A stretch of DNA of 64,000 bases from Tubulanus polymorphus (Eukaryota; Animalia; Nemertea): contig NC_134029.1 in assembly GCF_964204645.1 (NCBI RefSeq), forward strand, positions 22,128,950-22,192,949. Direction: 5' to 3'. Below the pieces are notes generated by a model, which saw only the letters and a list, made by a program, of their open reading frames with translations, had not been told where the DNA came from and did no database searches. Of the stretch, positions 11,501 to 25,700 are shown piece after piece. Each line of letters begins with the position of its first letter. Position 1 is the stretch's first letter. A program made the translations under genes and the position numbers.

Positions 11501-13737
11501 GCATGGTAAGTCGCATACGAAAGTTGCCTATGATGTAATAGATACGATATTCGAGTCACATTTTTCTTCGGATAAGAAAACGACGTACGTACGTACCATA
11601 AAGCTATAGCGCCATCAGTTATGCGCGGCTGGGTCATTTACTTTATCACTTGATTGTCGTTCACATAAAAAAGCTAACTGTGTTGCCAGTTGCTTTGTAC
11701 ATATATATATATCTATGAATTATATTGATTAAGAATATAGAATACCTATTCCATTTGTATTCTGTCCATTTTTGTCTGGTCTATAAATCATGATTTCTGT
11801 CTGGTTTCGTTATTGGATTTGGGAATACAGCAAATGTCAGACGAGTTGTGTAACGTTTCATAATTCATGTACGGCTGTCGATTCGGAGCCGTTTAAAGAC
11901 CATAAACGTCCATTATTTCCGCGTCGATATAAAGACGAGGAAAAGATTATCCACCCGTATTATTCTATCGTTCATTTCCGCGCAGGTTTTTATCTGCGCG
12001 ACTGAAAAGTAGAAAATGGAATCTTTAATCCATCGCTGGCTCGGAGCCTGTTCGATCTTCGATGAAATTCTGATGATAAATTTTCGTTTAAAAGAAAGTA
12101 TAGAAGAATGATGATAAAGCGTCAAATGTCTCGAAGGGATGGGTCTAGGCTTGAGATTGAATGATACCTATTCGAAGATTCCTATGATTTATCGAAAGTT
12201 TAGACCGGTAGATGTCGAAATAACACCTCAGATATTTGGAATGAAGTTTTTCTCGGTTTCAGCCGACAATTCCCGAGTCACTTCTGAAGGAACGACTCGA
12301 CACCGATACGCTCGAACAGGTCGGCCTCGTTCAATCGAAATCAGCTTTTCAGACGAAATACGTCAAAACAAAGACCAGATTATAGTAAGTACGGCGGTTC
12401 TCGGTTCTCACTAGAGTTCGATATAATATTCGCATTTCATCGCGATGTTGATTCTTGATTTTAGCTATAAACAACAGAAATTCAATCTACTCCGCGAAGA
12501 GAATGAAGGCTACGCTAAACTGGTTGCCGAACTCGGTCAGGATTCGACAACAGTCGACAACATCAAATCACTAATCGGTATGTTACTCCTCGAAACCGAT
12601 AAGTACATGCCTTCATAAAACCAAGTTTTCAAAAATCTTATTGATTGATAATTTTTCTGGTTACTTCCTCATATCTTCAGGTTGTTTCGACTTGGATCCG
12701 AACCGTGTATTGGATATTATACTGGAATCGTTCGAATGTCGTCCCGAGTTGGACGCGTTCTTCGTTCCGTTGATCAAATGTTACATCAGCGCTTCGGACG
12801 TCATCTGTCACATGATCGGGCACAAGTTTCACTTTTATCAGGTGAGAGCTGCGAATAACGCGGATTAATGCAATATTGACATATACTGCATATAACGCAC
12901 AATGTGGTAACACATGGTTAGATTGATAGATGGCATATAAATCAAACTGCTATCGACGTACTCAGATACCTGCCTGCAGACACTCGGAGATTTCTTCCTT
13001 TTCCATGTATTCTGCCGATCAGATTATGCGGCAATAGTTTATTGAGTATGATAACATAATGGGATGGTCGAATCTAAATAGATCATTCTGATTTCTCGAT
13101 CGAGGTGTTTTGATAATAAGCGTTTGAAATCGAGAAGCGTTCTTAATAGGCAGCGTATCAGTTAAAAGTTTGTTTGCCTTCATAGTTCGATACTTATACA
13201 ACGTTTTCATATTGAAATAGAGAATTATCCCGTTTATTTGATTTGAATTTTACGTCCCTTACAAATCCACGATACCTGCCTGGAGCGAAACAGTCGATAT
13301 GATTTCGAAATCGAACATCGAAGTACAGATATCGTTGTGTTTGATCGGTTGAATTTACATTTTGCCACACATACTGCATGATAGGTCATTGTTAGTGATA
13401 TTAAAGTGGACGGGGATGCGGTGTTGAATTACATGACAAAGCTGCATGTACTATTTAGATTAGTACTGCTGTATGAATTATTTCCTATTTCTCTGTAATT
13501 TTCAAACGAAACAACCAAAAAATCAAGAAAGACGTTTTGAATTTTCTTTATTTTTACGTAGGAAACACAAGAGTTCCAGACCCCTGCTTCGCTGTATAAA
13601 GTCACAGCCCTTTTGCTTCACCATCGTCTGATAGAATTAGACAGTCTATATCCACACGTAAGTACGACTGACTCAGTACTCATTGTTTCACATATGGTCG
13701 GTGTCGGGTTTTCTCGGGGATCTTTTTATTCTGCTTG

Positions 13738-13786
<49 letters not shown>

Positions 13787-16700
13787 GATAATATGCGGGC
13801 GCGACACTTGTGAGCCGTAATCGATCAATACTGCAGGTCACTAGCCTATTGCTCTTCATAATGTAATGATGAAATAATTTTTTCCTGATTCTATTAATAT
13901 CGAGGTCGGCTTTGTTCGGTCATCAACTGCCACTAACGGTAACTCGCGAGGAGAGTTTTTTCATCTGCGCAGTCGATTCATCATTGCGAGAGTCTCTGTA
14001 CCGATATTGTCAGTCGAAGGAAATCAGACCTTAGCACAATTTCCTGTAAACACAAACACCCGATTACGTATGAGTTTACGTAAAAACCTGATTGATGTGC
14101 GCTGTCCCGGCCGCCCGCAGTTTATTGGTCTCTGACTTCATTTTAACTGTGATTGATCGCGTCTGGAATACGGCCATAAACTACTTTGTTGTCATCATTA
14201 CGAAATTCCGGCAGCGTCAAAAATCTTCTTTAATTTTGACTCGTTTGAAATTTATGAAAAGTCTCTCTACTTATCGGTTCTAAAAAAAAAAAATCCCTTA
14301 CGTGTTAAGAATTAGAGAGGCAAAAACTTAGAGAGAGTATATCATTGGAACAAGTGGTATGCATAAAGTGTTGTTAGTAGGGTTCATTTCGCAAAAAAAA
14401 TGATATAAGATGATAAACTAGATGATGAATCAGTTAGATTGAGTTAAACCTATTTGTGAAATATTGCTGAAGTTGAGTGTTTTGCAGCGGTGTCAAATTT
14501 GATTGATTTAGTGAAGTGTTGATGATGTGTTCAGCTGCTCAGTGACTTCTATTTACAAATGAGGCAAGAGCCCGCTGACTTGATATTGGTTTAATGAAAA
14601 TAGAAGATATTCGCCTCACCAATTATTAGGCCTGTAGCTAGAAACTAGAACTCTCATAGTCCGTACAATGCCTCGATTCCTTAAAAACTCGTCCAAATGG
14701 AAAATACATCTAAAGGGCTTTAAACTCCTTCAATTTGCGATATAGCCTATTAGAAATTTTTGTCTAGTTTGTACTTGTACAGTAAACTACGATTCTGGAA
14801 TGCCTAAAATTGCCAATTTTAGGATTTGTTTTTACCCTTTCAGGTGGTTACCAAATTAGAAACCAAAATTAGGTAGTCATAAAGATAAAAATAACAGAAC
14901 CATTTAATTAACGGTTTACCAAAGTAAATAGTACCAATTTAAGAGGAGTCGACTGTAATCGGGATATGAAAGTGATGCAGACGCCTCCAAGAGATATGAG
15001 ATTTTTCCTTTAAAAACTCCTTATAATACCAGAATGACTGATCTGTAGGGACCCTGACTCTTTCGAAGATGAAATGAGTGAATTTATTTAAATTACTTCA
15101 GGTCGGAATGTTTAGAAAGTTAATGCAACTACCGGCGCTCTCGTGAGCGGTCGCTGCTCGGTCGAAATGGTCACAATTTCACAGTCGATGGAGCGCGAAC
15201 GCTACGAACAACGTTCGCGGATTATTGAAAATCGTTTGCGGTCGGTTTCTGTTTTATTGCAATCTGTCAGATTTCAGGGTCAGTATCTCGTCGGGGAAAC
15301 GTCGGGTAATCAAGCAGCAGCAGCAGCAGCAGTATCCGTCTCTCTAAGGATATCAAACAAACAAGATTTTCACTTCTAATGAGATTTTAAAAATGCTCTT
15401 CAAATTTAATAGCCAAAATTTCTCAGTAGTAAAAAGTTCGACACCGATCTGGGTTTTTCAAATTAAGAACGCACCATTTGAGCGCAGGCCTGCGTGAAAC
15501 GAAACTTTGCTTTGATATTGCCTGTCGATCGCCACAGTATTGAGTTTTAGCTGGACCAGCGATAACAGCCGATTTAAAAACATGTTTGAACGCACAGTGT
15601 TGATTTGGTCTGTTCCAGGCTAATTGTGGAACTAAATGTATATGAAAATTCATCAATATGGCAGTCAGCACGTCCTATCGTCGGGCGTATCGGTAGCACC
15701 TCCTGCCGCTCGGTGTATCGGTAGCACCTCCTGTCGCTGGGTGTATTGGTAGCACCTCCTGTCGCTGGGTGTATCGGTAGCACCTCCTGTCGCTCGGTGT
15801 ATCGGTAGCACCTCCTGTCGCTGGGTGTATCGGTAGCACCTCCTGTCGCTCGGTGTATCGGTAGCACCTCCTGTCGCTCGGTGTATTGGTAGCTAATAAT
15901 GATTGTGTTGCACTACGATCACTATTGGAATGTCAATATATGATGTGATACACAGACACTGCTCTCTCTCTCTCTGTTCTCACTCCTCTTCACAGTTATT
16001 AATTATTAGCCATATTTGTATGTACGTGCAATTTATATACACCGAGTAACTGTGAAAAGACGACGAAGTGCGTCTAGTTGTTAGATCTCTTGTTCCGGCG
16101 ATAATGGCAGGAATAATCTATAGCACGTTCGATCAACCACAGTCCCTTATTTAACTGTGACGCCCGCATCATTCACCGAGTCGTACGAAAAACGTTCAAA
16201 TCCAAATATTAGGGTCCCTGCGGTCAGCGAAAGTGCTGGAAGTTCAGGGAATTTAATAATATCTATTCCAGGTCTTTGAAAGTCATGGAATATCAGCTCT
16301 TTAGTAATGATATGTTCATGTTTTCCGGTCGTAATCAAGTATATTTTTAGGCTCGGATATTTTTTCCCCTATGAGTTTCAAAGTCCCAAATTTTGGAAGT
16401 CATGGAATTTTGGTGTTCAGTGTCAGGAAATAACGCAAAGTCATTTGGTAAATTATTTATCGGCTGAACCCTGCGAACGTCGCCGTTACGCGACTTCAAT
16501 TATTGCCTCTTTAATTTCTACGTAGGCGTAGATATCTAGTATAATCTTAATCGCTGGGAAGGGCCACCACCACCACCACCGCGATCAAAGAATTCATGAA
16601 AGAATCAGTTTTTTCCGATCGAAAGATAGTTGAATGGCAAGCAAGCAGGCGCGAGCTGTAAGCCGGAGATATCAACTCCTTTTCATTAGTTGTTTACTCG

Positions 16701-19700
16701 ATATAAATGATGGAATAGTAGTAGAGGCACGTCGTGAATTAATAACCACCGACCGTCTGCCCGACCCCCGAGTGATAATCCTTTCTCTCTCATTTCGCTG
16801 TTGCATTAATAAACGGCTAATAGTTTTATGTGATCGTCTTTGATCTTGCCTTAGGGACCGAGTCGGGCAACATCGCGTGGCGTCGATACAATATCTTCAT
16901 TCATCAATTTGTATTGGTCAGTCAGGAATGAGTGCGCAATGTATTGATTTTACTATTACATTGGATTTGCGGAAATTGTCATGTTGCGTTTCATCGAATC
17001 TGCGGCTATCTAATCCTCGACCGCAGCATAAATCGATCGGATGAATAACATCTCGGAAGAAGCCCCCAAACCCCTCGGGCACGTTGTAGCTTGTGCTTGA
17101 CCTTTTTATATCGATGACATTGGCAGCGGTGAATCAATTACGGGGATGAGATTGGCGTGACAAATGTGGAAAATTCTCGAAGTTGAAAAATAGCGGAAAA
17201 ACCTTTACATTTACAAAAATGTGCGAGATTTTGATTGCACTTTTCTGCAGAATGTTTTATAGGCGATGCCTTCGCTTCTTGTCATCACAGCATTATTCAG
17301 CGAGAAACTAGGCAACAGTTTTGCGCCGTTTGTCACAGTTCAAAATGTGAAAATTGCACGATGCACCGATTTCACCCTCGCAATTATTATATATGAAGCA
17401 ATTATTCACTGAATATGAAAAAGTAAATTCATCTTTTATTACTGAATGTTATATAGTATTTATTTTCATACACAAACACGACGTTTTTTTCATTTATAAC
17501 TCTTCGGCTGCTTTGTTTCTCCTCGATGTACAAAGGAAATGATGATCAGCGCCCGGCGAGCGCGTTCCGCGTACATTGTTATCGGTGAATCGTCGTTATA
17601 TCACAAGTGGTGACTTCGTTCACCGGCGTAAATACAGTCGTTATTCGAATCATGAAAAATACTTACATATAAAGCAAAAAATACCTGATTACAAACACGT
17701 ATTTGTGAAACGGTCCTTCTATTTAGGATCCGACGACGTACATCCCAGCTTACGTTATGAAAAGCTATCGAACCTAATTACGCTATATTTCATATTGGTA
17801 TTTTCTGTCACAAATGCGGAACGATCGGAATAAAGCAGGGTTCAACGATAGGACAAATGCAATAAAAATAGAATGCCGCTTATTTTTTCTTTAATTACGG
17901 ATAAAAAGATTCACATAATTATGGCAATATAATCATGCTTAATAAGCTCGTAATTTAAGTGGTTTTTCTATCGGCAGTCAGCGCACATGTTCAGTGGATC
18001 GTACAAAATCTGTGCAATGGCTGCGTTTGAAGGGCTTCATTTCATTACAAATAATACATTAATACATCTATATAGATTTATATGATATTATATTTAATAT
18101 GTCGTACCGATGATATTACGGTGTCTCATGAATTCGTGCTTTCTATTTCCCGAGGAGATATAGAGTCGTTCGATGTAAATTATATTTCAGTTGATTCGAT
18201 TAATTCCCTTTTTGTCATGGATTAGTAGAATCTTTTTCTAGAAATTTCTCCGAGCCGGGCGTATGCGTTCTACTTTCTGGGTTGCATGTTCTACGCTGCT
18301 CTTATCACCGCTGACAATTGCGTCTCACTATTGACCAGTTGCGACGGATCACTTCACCTCACGAGCTATATCGTATTTTTTTCTACATCATATATATTAG
18401 TTTTTCTGTTGATCACCTGCTGAAAGTATGGATTAGTATTAGCAGCTGGATTTGTGGTGGTAGTCATGGTATAACTACTTGCATCAGCTTTAATCACAAC
18501 TTATATACGATTTATAGTTGGTAGGATGTTATCAGATCTCAGATTTTAACTACCGGTAGTTTCATGTTAAGGCGTTTGTCAGATTTCAATAAGTCGTCCC
18601 ATGATTGATGGTGTATAAATTTATTCTCAAGGTTTTTCGACGAAACCGCGACATCAAGAGAAACGAAATTCGAATTGAAAAACTGAGATCCCATCGGTCT
18701 ACGTCAGTCATTGGAAAGATTTCCTCGAATTTTTGGAAAAATAAATAATGTTACCCAACATTCGGAAAATTAAAACCCGCTTTGTACCTATTGTTCGTAT
18801 AGTGCGACAAATCTAGAAGTTTTTCTGCAAAATAATCACTTTTTAATCGAAATATTTCGTGGAAGTAAGAAATATTCCTACGAATTATTTCGACGACTAA
18901 CGCAACGTTTTTTTAAAGCCTATTATCACAAGTTTAGACCAAAGTCACTGCGGACCGATGGCGATATCGACAACGCATCAGATTCTGAAAAGCCTTTCGG
19001 AAATCCGGGTTGAAAATACGATAGATGATCGGATTGACCATCGAGCCCGTGTAACCTAACCACTCGAACGCCGTAATCATCTGAGGGGTGATATACACCT
19101 GACACGACTCGCACACGCCACCTATAACGTACGTCGAGAAAAACGGCAAATAGAAAACGACGAAGACGACGAACAGAATGCCGAGTATGTGAACAGCTCG
19201 GCGTCCTTTGTGCACGGATTCCTGAGCGGTGCGGCGCACGCTCGAACGAGTCGAACTCATCTCGTGTCCGGTCGAATCGGACGGCACGCGTTTGATGATC
19301 AGTTTCACCTTACTGCTACGATGCGGGTTCAACGCGTCGGTTCCGTTGCTGCTCGTGCGCGTGATTCGCGCGCGTTTGAATCGGTCGTTCTTCACCGATC
19401 CGTGACTCGAACTGCGACTGTTGCGACTAGTCGTCGAACTGCGGCTGATTTTTCTCTCTTTACTGTTGTTTATTTGTTGTTGTTGTTGTTGTTGTAGCGA
19501 TTGTTGACGGTAGATCGACTGATGTTGATAAACGGTGGTCGTTTTCGTCGAGTCGTACGACGAGGACGTCAACAACGGTCGCGTTTCGTGAACGTTCGTG
19601 CGGCCGTTCGCGACGAGCAGTTGAGTATCTTTCTCCGGCGACGACGCGCCGCAGCTCAGCTGTCTTTGGATAATACTAATTTGCGAATTGCGATGCTGGC

Positions 19701-22700
19701 AGGGGGAGCCGCCGGACGATACGAGCGACAGTTCGTTCTCGGACGATTCCGACAGCTCTTTCATTTGTTTCGACGGCGACACGAACGCGAGTTTCGTCTG
19801 TTTTTTCAGCGTGATGATCGTCAGTATGTACGTTACTAACATAATGAACAACGGGAGGTAGAACGATATGACGGTCGCCGAAACGATGAACGTCGTGTTC
19901 GTCGGGCCGCAGCCTTTATACGATCGGATCGGCTTCTCGAACACTAACGTCGATATGAACAGCGGTCCGGCGATGCACAACGCGAGCACCCACACCAGGC
20001 AGATTTTCAACGCGATGTAACATTTTCGCTTCGACTGCCGGTATTTGATCGGGTCTTTCAGCGCGAAATACCGGTCGATCGATATCGTGCACAAGTGTAT
20101 GATCGTCGACGATGTGAATAACACGTCGAGGCTGTACCAACCGAGGCAGACGATTCTATCTACTGGTAAACGACCTACAGAAAATATATACAAAATCATA
20201 CGCGTTAGAATTCGTGAAAATAGAATAAATGATTTCTTGAAAAATAACACAGATATATTGCTTAATATCGTCGACGATGAATAATCGATGATATAAATTG
20301 TATGATACGAAGGATCAATAAGAATGAATAAATTTTGGGTATTTGAATATCGATTATTGAATTGAATTTACTGGCAACCAGTCCAGCACCGATATATTGA
20401 TTACGTAGTGCGAATCCTCAAAAAATAATTATTGAAATATATAAAAAATTAAATAGGAGTTATGAAATATTTTAAATTACGAAAATTAGAATTTCGCAAT
20501 TCACAATTGTAATTGCTATTTTGAAACGCCAATATTGATGCACATCGACTCACATAGAACTCCTTAAATAACGCATAATAGGTATCAATGGGCAAAGACA
20601 TTTTTGTACAGTTGTTACGGTGTCAACTCCCATGTGTGGGAAAACAACCTAAAGATACCCATATTATTTGAATACCGGGCAACATTTCTCGGGCATCGGT
20701 GCTGAAAAAATTGCATCTGTTTTTAGTATGTACTCTTATCAAATGTTCACCTTATGAAGTGATGTCTAGTGTCATTAATAGTGTTCCTGTAGTGTTAGAG
20801 TATCAGATATCGGAAACGTAATCAATTCATCAGTCCGACTGTGGTATATACAGCCCCTCTCACAGACCCTGTATTAGTTTTTATTGTATTGAAGAATTGT
20901 CGGGTATTGTTTTTCCTTGAAAACAAATGTTTCGCATCGATGTTTTGGAATGACCCTTTTGACCATCTGTTGATCGCATGCGTTTTATGAGTTGGCATGT
21001 GTCCGATTAGCGGGCGAATGTTTCTCATATCATCGCCGGATGTTGCGTCTGTTGCTATTGATGGCGAGCACGAGAGAGAGAGACAACCTGTCATCGGTTA
21101 CCTTCAGCCGCGGCGGCACGCAGGCAGGCAGGCGGCAGAGATTGCCTCCTCTTCGCCGATGGTGCTCCGTGTCATCATCGATTCCTGGCGCGCGATGCTG
21201 ATGTTCGCTCGTTTAAAGGCCGGCGAAAAGGAATCCATTCAGAACAAATTTGTGTTCATAAATGTTGAATGGCGAGTGCGTGTTTGATCTCGTATGGAGC
21301 GGTATTGACGATCTTTTATTGGCCGTGATGAATATCAACATCTCTTCCCGAGGTTGAGGCGAAACCGACCAATCCTGTCGGAATGTGTGCACCGTAGATA
21401 AATGTGTTTTTTGTTTATGGAAACGCGATAGTCTTCAAGGCGATAATAGACCGCTTTTCTAGCGTTCAGCGCCATTATCTGTAAGCACCACAGGAGAAAT
21501 TCCGTATACTGAATCATGCCGCATTGATCGGCGCTCTCTTATTCCTTGATCTGTCTTATGGAATTAATGGTCGAATCGCCAGTTGAATTCCTCCCACTTC
21601 TCGTCGTGAAAGCATCAAAAAGTCTTCTTGTTCAAAAAGTAGATTCAATATATGACGAGGGTATATCGCATGTGTCAAATGTAAAGCCGAGAATAAAGTA
21701 TAATCAAATAGAAGTAATACGTGATAATGCTGCGCTCGAAATGTTCAGATATTTCAGGCTTCACAATTTCTTTTCTCTCTTTATCAGATCGTTTTTTAAA
21801 GACACTGGCAAAATGTCACGAAGTAACACATAAAATGCGCGCGGTGTAAGATTTCTTCATGTTTCGACGGATGAAAACCTGACTGCCGTCTGCGTTCGAG
21901 TTTCATCGGATCATCTCATAATACATGTACGCAGCCTACTCAGACATGAGTTAGATCATCAAAGATTGTCAGTTCTCGAGAGAAGAGCAGTTCGTAGAAA
22001 ACTCAAGGTTGAAGTTATAATCATCAGACGCATTTCTCGTTTTGTGATCTTCATTTTGATTAAGCGGAGAAGTGGCGTCGTCTTTTTTTTTTCTCGGAAA
22101 GTCGGTCAATCTCGTCATCTCGTCCACAGCAACACGAAACAAGAAACAGAAACGCTGCTAGTTCCTGACATTGTTCCGAAACGTGAAATACGGTTTACTG
22201 AAATATTGTTTCATGTTTTGGACCGTTTTGACATACAGTCGTCACGAGAAAGAGCCTAAAAGTATTTCTGTTCCGTGTTGTAAGTCGCGCTGCCTACACT
22301 AGGCTTTTATCTTGGAGCTTTAATCATGTATCTACATTGAGCGTTGACGATGATGATGATGATGATGAAATATGCAGCTGATGATGATGAAATATGCGTC
22401 CGGATGGATTTGGTTTAGCGGTGTAAAGTTTCAGTACTTATCTTGTTAACGGTCATCGTACATTCGCGTCACATGTCCACTTCCTCTCTTTACCCCCCCC
22501 CCCCGCGACTGCCGCGCTTGTTTAATTGATGTCTTTTTCGTCGAGACATCAAAGAACAGTGGGGGATAATCGAGTTTTCACGTTGCCTCCGACGCTCGCC
22601 GGACCGACTCCGCAACCGTCGTTTTCTTGGAATCGTCGTTTGCGTCGCCGGACAAAAAAGTGCATCATTAATTAACCGTATTCGTTACGTTTTTTTAGTT

Positions 22701-25700
22701 CAATAAGGTTAAATGAACGCGCGCTCGGTCGGTCCACGTATAGTTGGTGAAAATGTCTTAGATTTTTCAGACAGCCAGAATTTGATCGGCGGATGAACCG
22801 AGATATGTCTAGGCCCTTAAAACTAACAAGTTGAACACCAGGTAAAAAGATGTGCGTAATATAGAGTCTGGAATGGATTGTTCATCTCGGAATTTAACAT
22901 ACCAGACTGACTGATACAACGAGAATTTGCTGAGAATTTACTGATTCGCTCGGTCAAGTGAAATATGAAACACCTCAATACATCGTGGAACTGAATCCAT
23001 ACGCATGTCGATCTCAGGAAATATGATGTTTTTTTTTTTTAATAATTTGGTTGTGTCTACTTCAACACAGCGTGTTAATCTGAAACCAATTAGTGATAGA
23101 CTGCGCGCACACGCGTGTGTGTGATCGAACTGTTGTGCTTTTCAGAACAAAGTCGATCAATAGGTTTTTTCAGGACGTTTATATTATATGTATCTCCACA
23201 TACATACAGAACTTGTTTGAATGCGTGAAAATGATGTCTACGAGTTCGCATTATCCTTGGAGTGATTACTCCAAGCATTATCGGACTAGAAACATAGACC
23301 AGAAGCTGTCTGTCGTAACGGCGCTAGGAAGGGGCACCTTAAAATAAAGTGAACATGAGCTGAAATGTCCTGCGACGATTTGTTTTCGGATGATTTCTCT
23401 TATACAAGATTGGCATTCGTATGTTGTCAGTTAGTCGCCAGGTGGCGGTGTTTTTCTCTTATGTTCGGATTTTTTTCCTTAAATTCTCCAGGCGCGCTTC
23501 TAAAGCAACAACCTGGAAGAGAGCTGACTGCTTACAGTGTATGGGCAACACTTCAGGCCGTGGTCCCGTCATGTGGTCATATGAATCAGGTTAAGCCTTG
23601 CTTAAGCCGGATCCAAATTGTGTAAAGCCGAAACAAACTAAAGAGCATTAGATTGAAAAGATGGAAATGGTTGAGATAGAGTTATAGAATTCAGGCGGGA
23701 ATGGATTGTTTCTAACCATCTTCGTCGATTTTGTCTCTATAGTTTTTCGATTTCATTTTTAGTTTAAAACGCGAACAACTATTGATGTTGTCGGGGGGGG
23801 GGGGGGGGGGGGGGCTTATAAATCATTCAACTCTCACCAACATTTTATCTCTCGAGAGATAGAGAGATCACGCCCCGTCTTAAGCGGATAACGTGATGAT
23901 GTCATTTAACGACGGTGTCGAATTTCAGATTATTTCTCTTTGAAAGCGCGTGAGTTTCTCTTCTCATCGGCGCCGAGTTTTCTCTCAAATTTCAGAAACA
24001 ATCAATTCATGATCAAACGCGACGAGCAGCCGCGTGCGGTCGATAGTTTCGCTCTTCGGTTTTTACGCGCCCGTGTTTCGGTTGCATTCGACGGGAAATT
24101 CATTTCGATATTCGAATGATAGCCTTGATATTTAGTCGGTATTGAGGCGTGATTGATTTCTAGTCACTGGTTAAACATCAACTCGAATACACGGCGCGAA
24201 AAAAAAGAATTTATGCAGATTTAGGGCTGATCATAGAATTGTGTTGAGAGTAAGTGGATTATGAAGCCTTGTATTGAAATATCAGCTGCATTCACAGATT
24301 GCATTATTTAGAATATTTTAAATCCGTATTTAGAACGGACCAAGCGTTTTTACACTGGTATTGGCCCTGTTCCATTTTAAAACCAGACCTAAAAGAACAA
24401 TCGAGGAGTGTTCTAAATTTTACTAACACCATTTCTGAGAATGAATAGAAACTTTTCTTTTAATTGTCTGTCAATCACGTCGTTGAGTCTAGTCGTTGAG
24501 TCAAGCCATGGAATACGTGGTCTAGCTGGACCAGTGATAACATGTATGAATGCACAGCATTGATTTGGTCCTTTTTAAATGGGTACATTATAACAGACTT
24601 TTAGTGATAGTGTGAGGATGCCAAATTCTGAGGATTGTAAAAAAATATAGGGCTCGACGAAAGCTGCTTAAGTACATCATTATAAGATGAAATGTTTTTC
24701 ATCTGTCGGACGTCAAAAAATCCTGAAGCGACGACGAATATAAGAAGAAATGTGTCTGGCTCTCTGAGAAAAAAAAACCGCGCCGAGAACGACGACGAGG
24801 ATTGAGGCGCGTCGCGAGTGAATGACTTGTCTTTGTGCAACCTGTGTGATGAACTATAATTTCATTAGCGGAAACCGTATAAATCTCTTACTGGTCTTTA
24901 TATGATAATCGTGTATCGGCTTCGGCTCGAAATGTCATCGAACGCCTTTCGTAGATTTTCATTTATAAACTATCAGCAGCCAAGTGGAATTTATGTCGCT
25001 CATAAAACGGTCATCAGTGATTGCTAGATTTGGCTGTATGCGCGAAGCAGGTCTCCTGTTGATTTATTTTGCGGCGGTGGGTGGTTGTTTATTTTTGTCA
25101 GGCGTGATCGCGCTGTCACCCACCGTCACCCACCGGGGAGATGAGGGTGTTCGTTTGTTAACCGTTGATCAAAGATGGATCCGTTTTTTTGTGCAGTCCC
25201 GAGTGGCTGACCGGGGTGATGGTGAAGATAAATCGTTGTCGGACGGCCGCGACTATTTTCTAAATATAGACCACTTTTAACCTTTCGTTTCGTGTGTCTC
25301 GTGTCTAGGAAGTATTTGATAAATTGATGAGGTGGATTAGATTACAGTCGCGAAACTGTGGCCTTTAATAATACCGGCGTTTAGATATATCGAATCAGAT
25401 CGAGATAGTTTTATTGGTGCAATCAAAATGGTTTCATACGTAATATAGATATTTTTCCCGCCCACGTATTCCTCATGTACCGATGACATTTCGGTTTGTT
25501 CCGTAGATGAAAATGTCAACGGTTGAAGCGATAAAAAAAGCAAAAGCCGCGATCGCACGAGCGTTTTTTTACCCGGAACGAATTTGATACGGGCCAAATC
25601 GTCTCGGCGTGATCACGGCTAAATAGACTAGCCTTCAAGTACCTACCTATCAAAACATTCACGAACGAAAGAGGCATCACCAATATGGCCGACAACATGT

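Noticed and set aside
15574-15867. Repetitive 97-aa ORF
   Set aside because: Translation of the 28-bp minisatellite.
19189-19839. Plus-strand ORFs of 102 and 112 aa
   Set aside because: Antisense shadows of the GC-rich GPCR exon.
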